Of a stretch of 64,000 bases of DNA, positions 11,445-25,785 are shown one piece after another. The position numbers were made by a program, and so were the translations under genes. The notes beneath the pieces were generated by a model, which saw nothing but the letters and a program-made list of their open reading frames with translations, did not search any database and was not told the DNA's origin. Origin of the DNA: Vicugna vicugna (Eukaryota); contig MU058034.1 of NCBI GenBank assembly GCA_013265495.1, positions 1-64,000 on the forward strand. The letters run 5' to 3'. Position 1 is the first letter of the stretch; every line of letters begins with the position of its first letter.

Positions 11445-14400
11445 ATTTTTCATTTAATTTTAACTCAAATGAAATTCATATGCCCTAAAATTATCCACTT
11501 TAAAGTGAACAATTCAATGGCATTTAGTATGTTCACAAGGTATGCAACCAACTATCTAGTTCCAAAACATCTTATTACTCGAAAATATAATGTGCCCATT
11601 AAGAAGTTACTCTCCATTTTCCACTTGCCCCAGTTCCTGGTAGTCACCAATCTACACTCTGTCTCTGTAAGTTTACCTATTCTGAGTATTTCGTATAAAT
11701 AGGATGGAAAACTATGTGACCTTTTTGGTTTGACTTCCTTCACTTAGCATAACATTTTAGAGGTTCATCCACATTGTCACGTGTCAACACTTCAATCCCT
11801 CTTATGGCTGAACAGGATTTCAGTGCATGTATGTACCACAGCTTGTCCATCCGTCTGCTGATGGAAATTTGGAATGTTTTCGCCTCTTAGTTACTGAGAA
11901 TACTGTTGCTATAAACATGTGTGTATATACATTTTTTTGTTTCCAATATATTGATATGTATCCAGGAATCGAACCGCAGAGTTATACGGTAATTCATGTT
12001 TAACTTTTTTGAGAAACTACCAAACTATTTTCTACAGCAACCCAACCATCTGCCATTTGTAACAGCAGTATACATGTGTTCTAGTTTCTCCATGTCCTCA
12101 CCAATACTTGCTATTTTCCATTTATTTGATGATAGTCATCCAAGAGATCTGACGTGACATCTCAGTTAGTTTTAATTTCCATTTCCCTAATGTTTAGTGT
12201 GGTTGAGCATCTTCTCATATGCTTATTGGCCATCTGTATATCTTCTTTGAAAAACTGTCTATTCAAGTCTTGTGCATGTTTTAATTGAGTTATTTGATTT
12301 ATTGCTGATGAGTTGTAGTTCTATGTTCTGGATAATAATCTTTCTAGATACATGACTTGCAGATATTTTCTTCCATTCTGTAGGTTGTCTTCACTTTTTG
12401 ACAGTGTCCTTTGATGCACAAAACTTCTTAATTTTTATGAAGTCCAGTTTATCTACTTTTCTTTGGTTACTCATGCTTTTGGCATTATATCTAAAAACCC
12501 ATCACTAAATCAGAGGCATGAAGATTTACGATTTTAGCTCATATAATTAGGGCATTGATTGATTTTGAGATGATAGAAAGTCGAACTTCATTTTCTGTGT
12601 GTGGACATACATTCCACCTAGAAACATTTGTTGAAGAGACTATTCCTACCCACTGAATGTTATTTTTTCACTCTTGTTGATAATCATTTATCATAGATAA
12701 TATTGGCTTATTTAAGGACTTGAAATTTTAATGCATCTGTCTGTGTCTAACCTTATGCCACAGTTTTGATTAGTGCAGCTTTGTAGTAAGTTTTGAAATT
12801 AGAAAATGTGAGTGCTCCAAATTTATTTTTAGTTTTTTTGCCTATTCAGGGCCTTTTACAATTCCATATGGATTTGAGGATTTTTTCCATTTCTGCAAAA
12901 AAAGGCAATTAAGATTTTGATAATGTTTATATTAGATCACTTTGGGTAATACTGCCATCTTAGAAATATTCTTTCAATAATTAAACAGAAATTATCTTTC
13001 CATTTGCTTCTATCTTTAATTTCTTTCAGCAGTGTTTTATAGTTTTAAATGTAAATTCATTACCTTCTTAGTTAAATTTATTCCTAAGTATTTTATTCTT
13101 TTGAATTGATTAAATTGAATTGATTCCTCAATACCCATTTTTGATTATTTATTGCTGACTCATAGAAATACAGCTGATTTTTGAGTGTTGATCCAATACT
13201 CAAAATGCACAATGTTAAGTTTACTTACGAGCTGTGGAAGATTGTTGTAGAGTCTTTCAATTTTCTATATATAGGAGACAATGACATGTGGAAATAGAGA
13301 TGGTTTTACATTTTCATTTTCAAATTGGCTGTCTTTTATTTCTTTTTCTTGCTTGGCTAGAATTCTGGTTAGAATGTCCAGTACCATTTTGTGTAGCAAT
13401 GGTGAACGTGGACATCATGGTCTTGTTCTAGATCATGGGAGGACGCTTCCAGTCTTTCCTCACTGACTACTGCCTTAGCTGTGGGCTTTTCATAAAGACT
13501 TCATTTCATATTGAGGAAGTTTCCTTCTGTTCCTAGTTTTTAAAATGTTTTTATAAAGAAAGAATGACAGATTTTGTCAAATGCATTTTAGCATCAATTG
13601 AGATGGTCATGTGCTTTTCCTCATTTTTCTATTAAGGTGTTGTATTACATTGGCTGCTTTCCTTCTGTCAGGTTACCCTTATGGTCCTGGAATAGCCCTC
13701 TTTGCTGATAGTGCATAATCCTTTTGATGTGCTGCAGAATTTGGCTGGCCAATTAAAAAAAAATCTGCTATCTTCTACTAGTATTTCATTGAAGATTTCT
13801 GTATCTATACTTATAAGGAATATTAACTTTTTTCATGTGTTGTATTTGGATTTGGACCAGAATATTTCTAAAAGTTACAGAATTAGTTATTAGGTATTCC
13901 TCTCTCTATTCTAGTTTTTGGAAGAGTTTGAGAAGAACTGGCATTAATTCTACTATAGATGTTTGGCAGAATTTATAAGTGAAGTCATTTGCTCCTAGAA
14001 TTTTCGATGTTGGGGCCTTTTTGGTTATGGATTCAGTCTCACTAGTAATCGGTCTGTTCAGGTTTTTCACTTCTTCTTGAGTCAGTGTGGTAGTTTGGGT
14101 GTTTCTAGAAATGTGCCCATTTTCTCTAAGTTATCTAATTTGTTAGCATATAATTCATAGTATTCTCTTCATGATCATTTTCATTTCTGTAAAATTTTAG
14201 TAGTGCTTCCATTTTCATAACTGACTTACCATTTGCACCTTCTTTCTTTTTTATCTTAGTCAGCCTAAGTAAAATTTGGTCAATTTTGTTGTTCTTTTCA
14301 AAGAACAAACTTGATTTTATTAGTTCTTTCCATTGGTTTTCTAGTCCCTATTTTATTTATCAGCCTTATGTTTATCACTTCCTTTCTTCTACAAGATTTT

Positions 14401-15762
14401 AGTTAATTTGCTCTTCTTTTTCTACATCTTTTCATTGTAGTTAGGTTATTGATTTGAGATTGTTCTTTTTTAATGGAGGTGTTTAGCGCTAAGAGTATCT
14501 CTTTGAGTAATGCTTTCACCAAGCCCTATCAGTTTGGGTATGTCATATTTTCATTTTGATTTGTCCCAAAGTATTTCTTAATTTCCCTTGTGATTTCTTT
14601 GAAATATTGCTTGTTATAAGTGTGTCATTTATTATCCTCATATAGGTGAATTTTCCAGTTTTCTTTCTGTTACTGATTTTTACCGTCATTCCATCACATT
14701 TAGAGAACCTATTTTGAATAATTTCAATATTTTTAAATGTATTGAGTCTTGTTTATGGCTTAATATATGGTCTATCCTGGAGAATATTTCATGTACTTGA
14801 AAAGAATGTATTGCAGTGTTGTTGGAGAAAGTGATATATACATACATATATGTGTATATATATCTTTTTTGAATATATATTGATTGATTAATATTGAGAT
14901 ATTGATTTTGAAAAGTCAGTATTCTTTGTGATTTGTGGTCTCCAAAGTCACTGTTCCTTTAGTTTGTGTTTAGCTAGTGTTTTTAGAAAGATTGTCAGGA
15001 GCCAAGAAGTGGAGGTGGGGAGAAGGGAGGGAAAAAAAAACAAAAACCCCTGTCATTCTTTTCAAATTAGTTCTGTTCTGAGACGCTTATTCAGATAATT
15101 TACAATCCTACTGTAGCCTTCAGTTCCTGTGCTTACTGAGCTTAGAGTTTGGCTGGAGGTGAAAACGGTATTTTCAGGTCATTTTTAAGCATGCATCCTG
15201 CATTGGGCGTACGTGTGGCTTTTAAAATGCCTAATTTCCCAAAGAACTCTCTTACTTCCCAGCCTTTCCTCCCAGCTTTGGATGCTCTGAATTGTGCCCT
15301 GATGGTGTCTTTTCTCCCATGTAGCTGTGGCGTGTTCATTTGCCTTATGATGTTGAGGAATACCTACTATTTTTCTGCCCTGAGTGTTCTATGTTAAGTG
15401 TAACAAAAATAAGTGCCTTGTCTTGGTCAAGACAGTTTAGAGCAGGCAAACACAATCCTTTAAGAATAAAATCTACTCTGCTCCCTCTAGAACCAGGGGC
15501 CAGGGTCCCGTACTCCAAATGCAGGCTGCTGACTCAAAAATTGCCAGTAAGGGACAGTAAGGGAGTTGGGGTGGTAGCAATTTGCTACTGTTTTTAAGTT
15601 GCCTTTTTCTTGATTCAGTGTTTGCTTGACTTTTGTAAACATCTAACTATTTCCCAGAGTTCTGACAAAGTTTTTCTGATAGTTTTGCTTAGTTGTTTGA
15701 TGTTGCTAGAGGAAGACTAGCTCTTGGCTCTGCCTATTCCTTTATGTTCACTGTTATCACTC
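11445..15762 (-). mobile_element. Ancient L1 (L1MB/L1M4-like): 3' UTR, decayed ORF2 (about 11750-14830) and a 5' UTR-like segment (about 14910-15762)
   Basis: L1MB-type 3' end (tttaaagtgaacaattcaatggcatttagtatgttcaca). Antisense ORF2 motifs throughout with many stops and indels. Confidence 0.85.
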
Positions 15763-16189
15763 TGATAACAAGCTTTACTGACACAATTTATGTGCACTGC
15801 CCTCCGTCATTTGTGATCAACCTGAGTTCCTTGTTATAAAACCTGTGCTTAATGGCTTCAAATATATCTTTACCATTAAATTGTTTCCTTCGTTTATTGC
15901 ATCATGCATAATAGTTTGCACTATCAATACAAACTGAGTTTTCAGTAAATATTGACCAGTGACAAATTTATTCACTTTTGCATTAAAAATTAGACTGTCA
16001 GAAAAATAGTTCATAAAAGTTCTTGATGATGAACATAATAAATAACAATGTAGTATGATCATTAAGTCTGATGTTATTACTGAATCAAAAAAGAGTCCAC
16101 ATCTGTAGAGACCAAGAGTAATACTTATTATAACCTTAGCAGTTTGAAATGTGTGTAAAATAAACTTAATAAAATACACAAAGTACACA

Positions 16190-17530
16190 GAGGAAGGCTT
16201 AACTGAGGGTACTCTGACAAATCACTGAGGACACAAAAATGCTTTAGGGCATTTGAATTAAACCTATAACTATTTTCTGGAGTAAAATTTAAAATTAATA
16301 TCTGGACACTTAAAAAAACTTTATTCATTTAAAATGGCAAAATAAAACTATTACCTGTAAATATATATAATATATAATGAAAATAGTTACCTTTTCAAAA
16401 ATTTGTGAGAATACCATTTGATATTTTTGCAAATATTTAATGTCTAGTTTAATAGACGACTGTAGGATTCTCATACATACTCCTGTGTTAATTCTTTTAC
16501 AAGAATTTGTTTTGGTTGAGGTATGTGAAGGAATCCTGGCCTCATAATTTTTAAATCACATTTTTCCATAATTGCAGATACTCGATACTCTTCCTTGATA
16601 CTTCTTGAAAACTTGATCAGCAGTCAGCAGTAGCGTCTCAATGGTTAGTTACAGTGTGAAACCTGAAACCCTATCAATAAATATCAATGCTCTACTTTTA
16701 AAATCCATTGGTCCATCCAGCACTTGGGATCTTTTCCCTATGCATGATTCTGTAACATTATGCATTGTGTTATTTGGAAAATATTAGTCCACTGAGTTAT
16801 ACAGATCTTTCAAATGACAATAGAGTTTATTATACAGTATTAAAAGAACAGTTAATATTATTGATGATATAAGTAGAAAAGTATCACTTGAAGAGTATTG
16901 GGAAGTAGTCAAACTCAAGGTGGAGAGCACAGGTGTTGTAAAATTCTAATTTTTTTGGCTTAAAAATTTGAACTTTAGAGCTTGTAACAAAGTAACAAAT
17001 ACAGCAATTGTGGGGGGGGTTAAGTGAGAGGCTCATTTTATTTTGAAGAAAATATTTGCCAAATACTTAAATCTAAATAATCATAGTTTCTCATTCTTGC
17101 CACTAAAAATGGTGTTCCAGGAAAAAAAAGTGGTTAGTTTAGTTCATAACTCAAGCAGCTGCCTGACTTTTCTTTGGACCAACTATCCTGTTGCTATGCA
17201 GTGGAAGTGTTTGGGTTTTTTTGGAGGGGGACGCATAACTCCCTTTTCACTACACAAATATTAAAAAGATCAAGGATTAAGATTTAATATAGTGAACAAT
17301 TTTTAGAATTGTATTAAGGAAACTCGTAAGTGAAATAGGATTGTTTAAAGCATGTTTTGAGCATTTTAAACAATAAAGAACAGGATGCTATAGTATAGTT
17401 TGTTGACTCTCAGTAAGGTGCCTGTAGTTTCATCCACTTCGGTTTTGCTCCGGCAGTGAGAATTTCAACCCAGTGTAAAAAGGAAGATGTGCCTTGGGAC
17501 GGCTTTGAATATCATTTTGATTTTTAGAAC
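16190..17530 (-). mobile_element. hAT-Charlie DNA transposon relic (Charlie1/Charlie1a-like)
   Basis: Matches recalled Charlie1 blocks: tttttgcaaatatttaatgtctagtttaataga, tgcatgattctgtaacattatgcatt, ttggaaaatattagtccactgagttatacagatctttcaaatg, aaaaatggtgttcca. Confidence 0.8.
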
Positions 17531-17725
17531 TACTGTCCACCAGTTGCCCATGAACTATGCTCTGCAAACCTCTCCTGTAGGGTAATACAGACATGGACAA
17601 AAATTTGCTCATGGTAATGTGATTGAAATAAAAATTCCTGGGGAAGGAACTCAAATGTGGATTTCCTCAAAGGCCCAAAGTAGAGCCACAAAACTTTAGG
17701 GTTAAAAAGAAGACTTCATTCCAGG

Positions 17726-17741
17726 GTGTGTGTGTGTGTGT
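17726..17741. repeat. (GT)8 microsatellite
   Basis: Read directly. Confidence 0.9.
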
Positions 17742-18269
17742 AAGTGTATACATGTATCAGTCTGTAATTCGCCTTTACTTCTGACATTGTGAAAGGCCTC
17801 TGTGTAAGTCCATTTCTCATATTTAGGTTCTATACTCAAATCAAGAGCTTTAGGATTTACTCATAGGTTTCATTAGTCAAATTAGTCAATTATTCAAAGC
17901 ACTAATCATTCTCAAACCTCTTTGAAACTTTTTCCAAATTAAATCTCCTGAATTTATGTATTCAAGAGATGGCAAGTTTGAAGTAGAATTTAATAAGTCC
18001 TTCAGAGCCTGAAAGTGCATTCCTTATTTGATGCTGAAAATAAGGAGAATGAGTACAAAATGTAACAGAAATTAGGGCATCTTAGAGACACAAGCTACTT
18101 TATAGGTCATTGTGTGTTTGGGTGTGTGGTACTTCTAATAAAATTCTACATGAGGAAGTGAAAGATTTCAAAACAGAGCTGTCCTGGTTGAAGAGTTTTA
18201 ACCATGTAATCCCCACCTACCCAGCTCCTTTCTCTGTCCTAGGAGAGCTTGTTAGAGTCTCTGGAACGC

Positions 18270-18390
18270 AGCTAGCCATAGAGTAATTTAGTCCAACCTG
18301 TTCTCTTTATAAATGAAGAAACTTGTGCCCGAGCAGACGGAGTGATCTAGCCAAGGGCAAACGCACTAGCTAAGGGTTGAAGTAGCATGC
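18270..18390 (-). mobile_element. MIR/MIR3 fragment
   Basis: tttataaatgaagaaacttgtgcccgagcagacggagtgatctagccaaggg is the antisense MIR core. Confidence 0.6.
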
Positions 18391-21300
18391 ATGCTTGTCC
18401 TTTTTTGAGAATACAGATAGGAGAGTAAGTTAATAACTTTGTACTAGGAACCTTGGAGAACATGAGTGGATAATAGGAGGCAAACTTCTTGTAATCCATA
18501 TTTCAGTACTTTTATATTCAATGTAAATTTTCTAGAAATGCTATTTATGATGAAAAAGGAGCAGAGTGGGGAGTGGGAAAAAACTGACAGATAAACACGT
18601 AACATCTTATTTGTCAGCTGTCCTCTTCACTCTATTCAGCAGAGACACAGCTTTGGTTATAATTTAGTAACTTTCCACGTAGCTGAATTTTTAAATGACT
18701 TTTTATAATTAAAACAGGGCTTTCTCTATGAAGGCTACATACTGGAAATAGAGTCAAGAAGGAACATTCATTGAATTTACTTCCTAATCAGATTGTCTTC
18801 CAATTTGAAGAGTATATATAAGCCTGAATAACCCTATATAATTAGACTTTATAATTTTATAACTCTTATAATGCTTATAATTATATTAGATTTATATAAG
18901 TCTATATAATTAGACTTTATAAGACACAGGGTTAATCGGAATCAAAAATGGTTCTAGGAGGTAGAATTGATGAGGATGACAAATTGGCCTCTTTATTCAA
19001 GAAACTTAGCTATTGCCACAAGATACTGAATTAAGAAAAGGCAAAAGAGATAGAAGAAGGAAACTCTTAGCATACCAAGAGGAACAAAGGGAATTTTCTG
19101 GGACTATAAAACAGATAGTATACAATACACTAATTAATTCCCTTTGTGCTGTTGCTTGAATGGGTGAACTGGCGTTCACGGTACCAGGTGATAGGCTGCT
19201 TAATGTTTCCTTCCACTGACAGGACTAATTTATAATTATTCCTGTGACTCATGTTTTTGACCTTACAAATTCAACATAGTCAGATGCTTTTCTTTCAAAG
19301 AGAGTTCTGAGTGAATGTTACCTTTTATTAAATTTTTCTACTATAAGATGCAACTCAATACTGTCCTTGTAGTAGGGTACCTCCAAGAACATAATGGAAA
19401 TGTTTAGGCTGAAGGGAACTATGAAAGGGACAAATATTCCAAAGGAAGGAAAAATGTTTTGTGTTTGGAAATTTAAAAACTATTTTTTTTATTGACCAAT
19501 ACCTTCTAACATTTTAATAATAATGACAATGGCTGACATTAATTTAGCTGAGTACTTTGCCTACTGATTTCCATATATGTCCTCATTTATTTAAAAAAAA
19601 AAAAAAGATGTAACTTGTACCAGGACATGTCATTCTCTTCTGTTTCAAAAACTATATAGTTCCTTAACTGGAAGTCATAAACCTTTGTTCATTTTCTTGG
19701 TGATAAATTAGGAAACATTAAAAAGAACTTGTGACCTTATATCTGATCTCAAAGGACATAAATGTTGACAGTATTTAGTCTGCTATGCTGTATTTCAGCA
19801 TCCTAGTGAAAGAAAGGAATGGGAAAACAATGGACAATACGAAGGAGGTTAATACTTAAGCTATTAAGTATTAAAATGAAACTTTAAAGTCTGGTTAGGT
19901 TTGGAAAAGATCTGGAATTCGGCTGTGACTGCTGTGATTTGCATTCTGTATTTTCAATTAGATATATAAGGAGGGGTGGAAGGGGTGTTACCCTTTCCAT
20001 GAACTTTAAACAATCAATAATGTTTTAAAATGGAAATACACCAGAAAACTAGCTTATACTGACACGAAACATGGGAAATGAGAATAACCTTTAAGGAAAA
20101 ATAGGGATTTAAACGCAGCAGTGGGAAATAAAGGTGCTGGTACATTGGCCATCCAGAGAAGAGAATCACATGAGCAGAGAAAGGAAATAGTTTTGTTCTT
20201 CGTGTTGGAAATTCTCAATAACTACCTGATTCGATTTTTCTTTTTATTACTGTTTTAACAGGAAATTATTTCAAATAAGACTTAAATTAAAAGGAATCTT
20301 TCTGAACCTCTGATGTCAAGAGTAAACGTGATTTAAAAAAAAGTAACACAATTAGTTTCAGTAAAGAGAAACCAAGTACTTAAAGTCACAAATTAGTTTT
20401 TCTTCAGTTCAATACTGGAGAACTTTCTTTTCTAAGATTATGCAGCCAACTTATTTCAAAAGACCATTTAAAAGCAAGATTGGATTTTTGGAAGAAAGCA
20501 CAGAAATGCCAATAGAAGTCTATGATCTTAAATGACAGACTAGAACAGAAAAGAACGTGGGGTGTTTAATGTCAATTCTGTTTCTACATTCCTGTTGCCA
20601 AGCTGAACGTCTTAGCTAAGATTTCTAACCCTTGTAACACTTTTACAAATGATTACTCTGTTCTTTAAATACTTGTGATCATTGTTAGACTGTGCATCTC
20701 ATTGGATTTTTGTGCTGCTGTTCATAATTATAACCATAATCATGAAGTCCTATTTGGTTAACAAATATTTAGCCTTATAATAGCAATTATCAACATATAT
20801 TAGGTTCTCAGACTTTCACACATACGTCCACACTCACATACGCATACACATCAGAAGGTATCTCATATTTAGTTAGGTGAATAGTAAACTAAAGTTATAT
20901 TTTCTTGATATTAAGGAATAAGTATTGATGTTAGAATTTCTTCTTTTGAAGATTTGTAAGAAAGGAATTTTACATGAGGGATCATCTCTTAAAATTATTT
21001 ACAATCTAATACCAATTTTTGTCTAAGCAAACTTCTCAAGTGTTCAGTGTGAGTGACTGGAATGTGTGAGTGGTACCCAGGAATCTGTTTTCTCCAGGTG
21101 ATTCTGACATAAATTAAGTTCCTGAGGAATGATGAGATGTGACAGGTGATGCTACTGATGTTAACACTACATGGTGTGCAACAATGAGCAGAGGGTAAAT
21201 TTGGAGCTTCGGGCTGATGTGTTATAATTTCTGGAAGAAAACAAACAACAAAAAAGCCCCCATTTTTTGTGAATGCTGTGACACTGTCTATGTGAGAAAA

Positions 21301-21524
21301 TAGAAGGACTGTGGCAATGGTACCTTCATGAGCAAGTGGGAGCAGAATGGGATTCTAATACCGTCAGGAAGTTGAATTTCAGTTAGAAGTGGTCTTGTGG
21401 CTAAAATGAAATAACGATATTCTAAAAATATCACTTATAAATATCACTTACAAAATTGTATATTGTAAAATACCTAATTAACACAGTATTAAAGAGAATG
21501 AGGAAAGAAAACTTCTTATGAGAG

Positions 21525-21700
21525 ACAGTACAGCTTAGTAAGTCAAAGATGTAGCTTCCAGTTTCAGTCCTGCCTCTTACTAACCATGTGACTGTTGTCA
21601 AGCTCTTTAACTTTGCTGACCCTGAGTTTCCACCCCCAAATGAAAATACTAATATCCAAATAGGGCTTGGGGGGTATTTAGAAAAGGGATGACTTATTAC
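21525..21700 (+). mobile_element. MIR SINE
   Basis: MIR core cttactaaccatgtgactgttgtcaagctctttaactttgctgaccctgagtttcc. Confidence 0.65.
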
Positions 21701-22179
21701 AAAAGATGAACACCCCAAAAGACTATGCTCAGATGTAGAGAGAAAAGGAGCTCGGGATAGAAGCTAGCCTCCCAGGCTATTAAAACAGAAGCTTAATCAC
21801 TACAGGTAGAAGGAAGAAGTCGCTATTCTAGGACTGAAAAATTCAAGAGACCTTAGGGATGGTGCCTGGCAGCTATGAAAAAATTTAAAGAAATGAAGAA
21901 AGAAAGAAAGACGGAAAAAAGAACAAAAACAAAAGAATGAATGAAGTATATAGTTCACTCTTTCAGTAATGAAGAAAAATTTATCCTTGAGTTATATCTG
22001 ATTACTTTTTAAATGGAGAATTTAATCACAATAATTTGAATTACTTTGATGAGTTGATTTTATAATAAATTCTAGGGGCAACTGGAGTTAAAAGAAACAT
22101 CCTTCGTATTAAAATTATTAAACTATTTCAGATAACAGAAAATGAAGTTCAAAATATTTAATAAGAATATTAACGTGTT

Positions 22180-24400
22180 AAGCACTCAGTGTAATAAAAA
22201 AAGAATCTAAACATCTGAATAAACATTTAACATATTAAACTAGCAGTGTAAAAATAATTCACCATGACCAGTTGGGTTTTATTACAGAGATAGAGGGTGG
22301 TTAGGAATAGGAAATTTCATTTATATCAACATATTAAAGGAAAAAAAATTTATATGAAAGAAGCTGGAAGTGTATATTATAACATAGTAATAATTTCAAA
22401 TAAAAATTCTAAGTATTCCTTTCCAAAAATTAGAAAAATATCATTAAATAATGAAATATTAAAAATGCTGCCATATAAGAAAATAAAAGGATTGTTATTT
22501 TCATCATTATTATTCAACATTAAATGAAATAAATACTTTTTAGTCAATGGTGCTGGAGCAGTCATCTGATATGCCAAAAAAAAAGTGCCCCTAATTAATC
22601 CTTACATTATAGACAGAAAGTAATTGAAGGTGATTTAGGGACTTACATGTAAAATAGAAAGCTATGAGCCTTTCAGGAAAAAATCTTCAGGACACAGAAT
22701 TAGTTGAAGCATTCTTAGCCTTGAGAACAAAAGTATGATTTATAAAAGGGAAAAATGGTAAACTGGACCTCATCAATTCTGAAAAATTTTTCTCTGCAAA
22801 AGTTCTTTTTAAGAGGATGAAAAGACAAGGTAGAGGGTTGGAGGGAACTTAAAAGTTGACATATAAAACAAATGATTTGTATGTAGGATTTAAAAGAAAA
22901 GGCCTCTCTAAACTCAACAGTTAATCACACAAAAAAAATCCAATTAGAAAATGGGCAAATGACACGAAAAGACATTTCACTAAAGAGGATGTAAAGATTG
23001 CAAATGAGCACATTAAAAGATGTTCATTAGCTATTAGAGAAATGCGAATTAAAACCTCCATGAAATATCATTATATGTGTATCAGAATAGCTTATTTAAA
23101 AAAAACTCCACAAAATTCTTGCAGAAGAACTAGATTATGTATGCATTACTGGTACAACTACTCTGCAAAAGCTTCGGACATTTTCTTACAAAACTAATCA
23201 TGTGCACCATGTGACCTGGCAATGGTATATTTTGGCATTTATCCCAAGGAAAAGAACATTTATGTTCACAGAAAAACCTGTAAAATATGTTCATAGTAGT
23301 TTTAATAATAATAACCCCAAACTACAAATAATAACCAGATTTCCTTCAAAGGGGAATTGGTTCAACAAACTGTGATACATTCATGCTGGGGAATATTAGC
23401 AAGCAACAGAAAGGAACAGAGTATTGATAGACTCAACAACTAAGGTGGCTCTCCAGAGAATTATACTGAGTGAGAAATGCCACTCTCAAAATAGTATATA
23501 AGGCATGATTCCATTTACACAGCATTCTTGAAATGACAAAATTATAGAGAGGGAAAATAGACTAGTGTTGCCAAAGGTTGCAGAGGGAGGCAATGGTAAT
23601 AAAAGGGCAGCATAGGAGATACTGGAACTGTTCTGTCTTTACTGATGTTCATCATATTGGATACAACTGCACAGAACTAAACACAGCCCCAGATAACACA
23701 CTTATACACAAATGAATACATGTCAAGCTGGTGAAATCTGAATAAAGCTGATGGAGGGTATCAATGCTAATTTCTTCTTGTAATATTGATTATACAACAT
23801 ATCATATGTGATTGATGGAAAGTAAATGAAGGGTATAAAGGATGTATCTTTCTATTATTTCTTACAACTGCATGTGAATCTGCAACACCTAAAAATTTTA
23901 TATATATTATGTATGTGTGTGTGTGTATATACATAGTATATATATACATAGTATATATACACACACACACACATACATATACATGCGTACATATGAATTG
24001 TTTAAACTTTGAGATAAAGAGAAAACATTTTCAGATGAGATAATTGAATATGTAGAAAAATAAAAGATTTAATTAGCATTGGCATTTTTAAGAAAATCTG
24101 ATATGGTGAATAATATAATCATTAACTGTGTGTGTATAAAATCATTTTGAGAGGAAGTGGGCAATATTGTCTTCACAATAATAAATTGTATAGTTACTAT
24201 TAAATAGAATAGGAAATGTAAAGGATCTATACAAAAAATAGAAGATAAAGTAATATACATAAAATATAAGTGGAATAAGTTCTGAATGAAAAACCTTAAT
24301 ATTACAAAATGTTTAGTTTTCCAATTTACTGTGTATAGATAGTGCTATTTTTATAAGATTCCCAACTTAATACGATTTCTAAGCTCCCATTAAATAACAT
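22180..24400 (+). mobile_element. Very old L1 ORF2 relic (about 22180-22530 and 24025-24400) interrupted by an L1MC/L1MD-type 3' fragment (about 22530-23900)
   Basis: ORF2 motif caccatgaccagttgggttttatt before the insert; ttttcagatgagataattgaatatgtagaaaa resumes after it. The inner element ends tttcttacaactgcatgtgaatct. Confidence 0.7.
23899..23994. repeat. Compound (TA)/(TG)/(CA) microsatellite at the L1 tail
   Basis: Read directly. Confidence 0.85.
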
Positions 24401-24551
24401 ATATTTGTGAATTACCAAAATAAGATTTTTTACTGTGGTGCATTTGCCTTACAAGGTGTTCTTTTGTTTGTTTTACATCTGTCTAAAAGATACAGTAAAC
24501 AGAGTATGTGGAACATGTGGAACATTTTTAGAAGAGAACAGATATACAGAT

Positions 24552-24573
24552 TATATATATATATATATATATA
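24552..24573. repeat. (TA)n microsatellite
   Basis: Read directly. Confidence 0.9.
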
Positions 24574-25084
24574 TTATATAAAAGATTATTCATATGTAAT
24601 GCAGTTAATTTTTCAATTCAGTTGCTAAGAATTATTTGTTTAATAGGTTGTGCCAGCACAATCTCCTCTCCTCCCTCCCATGCCTATATAAATTTCACTG
24701 GCTCAACTAAATAAATGCATATCAAATAGAGATGGTAAAATATAATTATCTAAGAATTGAAGAGACTGGATGGGACAAATTATGGTGCATTTATACAATC
24801 TCGGGAAACTTTAAACTGTGAAAATGATCTATATCAAAATCTGGTCTTATTGAGGTATCTCATAGAATAAATGTATTTCTGAAATCCTAATAAAATTAGC
24901 TCATCTGATTAAAATCCCAAACTCCTATGACCAAAAGTTAACTCTAGAATCAAGGCTTCTTTGCTTTGTCAAACAACACTCACTCATCCTTTTATCTAAA
25001 ATGCTCTCGTTCCTTCTCTTGTCCCTGCTATGCCTTTTCTCTGTCTTTTGAAACCTGTAAGGACCAGGTCATTTAACTTAAAAA

Positions 25085-25785
25085 AAAATGTAATAGACCT
25101 TATTTTCTAGACAAATGTTAGGTTCGAAGGAAAAATTAACAGAAGGTGGGGAGATTGCCCACTTCCTCTAGCCTTCACATGGGTAGAACCTCCCCTGTGG
25201 TCAGCATTCTGCACAGAGTGAGACGTGCATTACAACTCATGTGCCTTCATTGACATCACCCAAGACCCACATTTTACATCAGGGTTCACTCTGGGTGCTG
25301 CACATTCTGTGGATTTGGACAAATCTATAATGACATGTATTGACCACGACAACTACTGATATTTTTAGTGTCTCCATAGTTTCTATTTTTCAGAACATTA
25401 CATAGTTGGAATCATACAGCATGGAGTCTTTTCAAATTGGCTTATTTCATTCAATAATTTAAGGTCCTTCCATGTTTTCATGGTTGATAGTTCATTTCTT
25501 TTTATCATTCATTGCATAATATCATGAGGTCTAGATATACCATAGTTTATCCACTCACCTACTGAGGGACATATTGGTTGCTTCTAAATTTTGGCAATGA
25601 CAGATCAAAGCTATTATAAACATCGATACGCAGGTTTTCACGTAGCTTTAAGTTTTCAGCTCATCTGAGTAAATACTAAGGTGCACAATTACTGGATTAT
25701 ATGTTTAGTTTTGTAAGAAACCACCAAAATGTCTTCCAGAGTATCTATACCAGTTTTTATTCTCATCAGCAATGGATGAGATTTG
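25085..25785 (-). mobile_element. L1MC1-like 3' end fragment
   Basis: tttacatcagggttcactctgggtgctgcacattctgtggatttggacaaatctataatgacatgtat is typical of the L1MC1 3' UTR in antisense. Confidence 0.75.

Noticed and set aside
15817..16188. 123-aa minus-strand ORF next to the Charlie element
   Set aside because: Low-complexity AT-rich translation with no transposase or other motif I can recognise.
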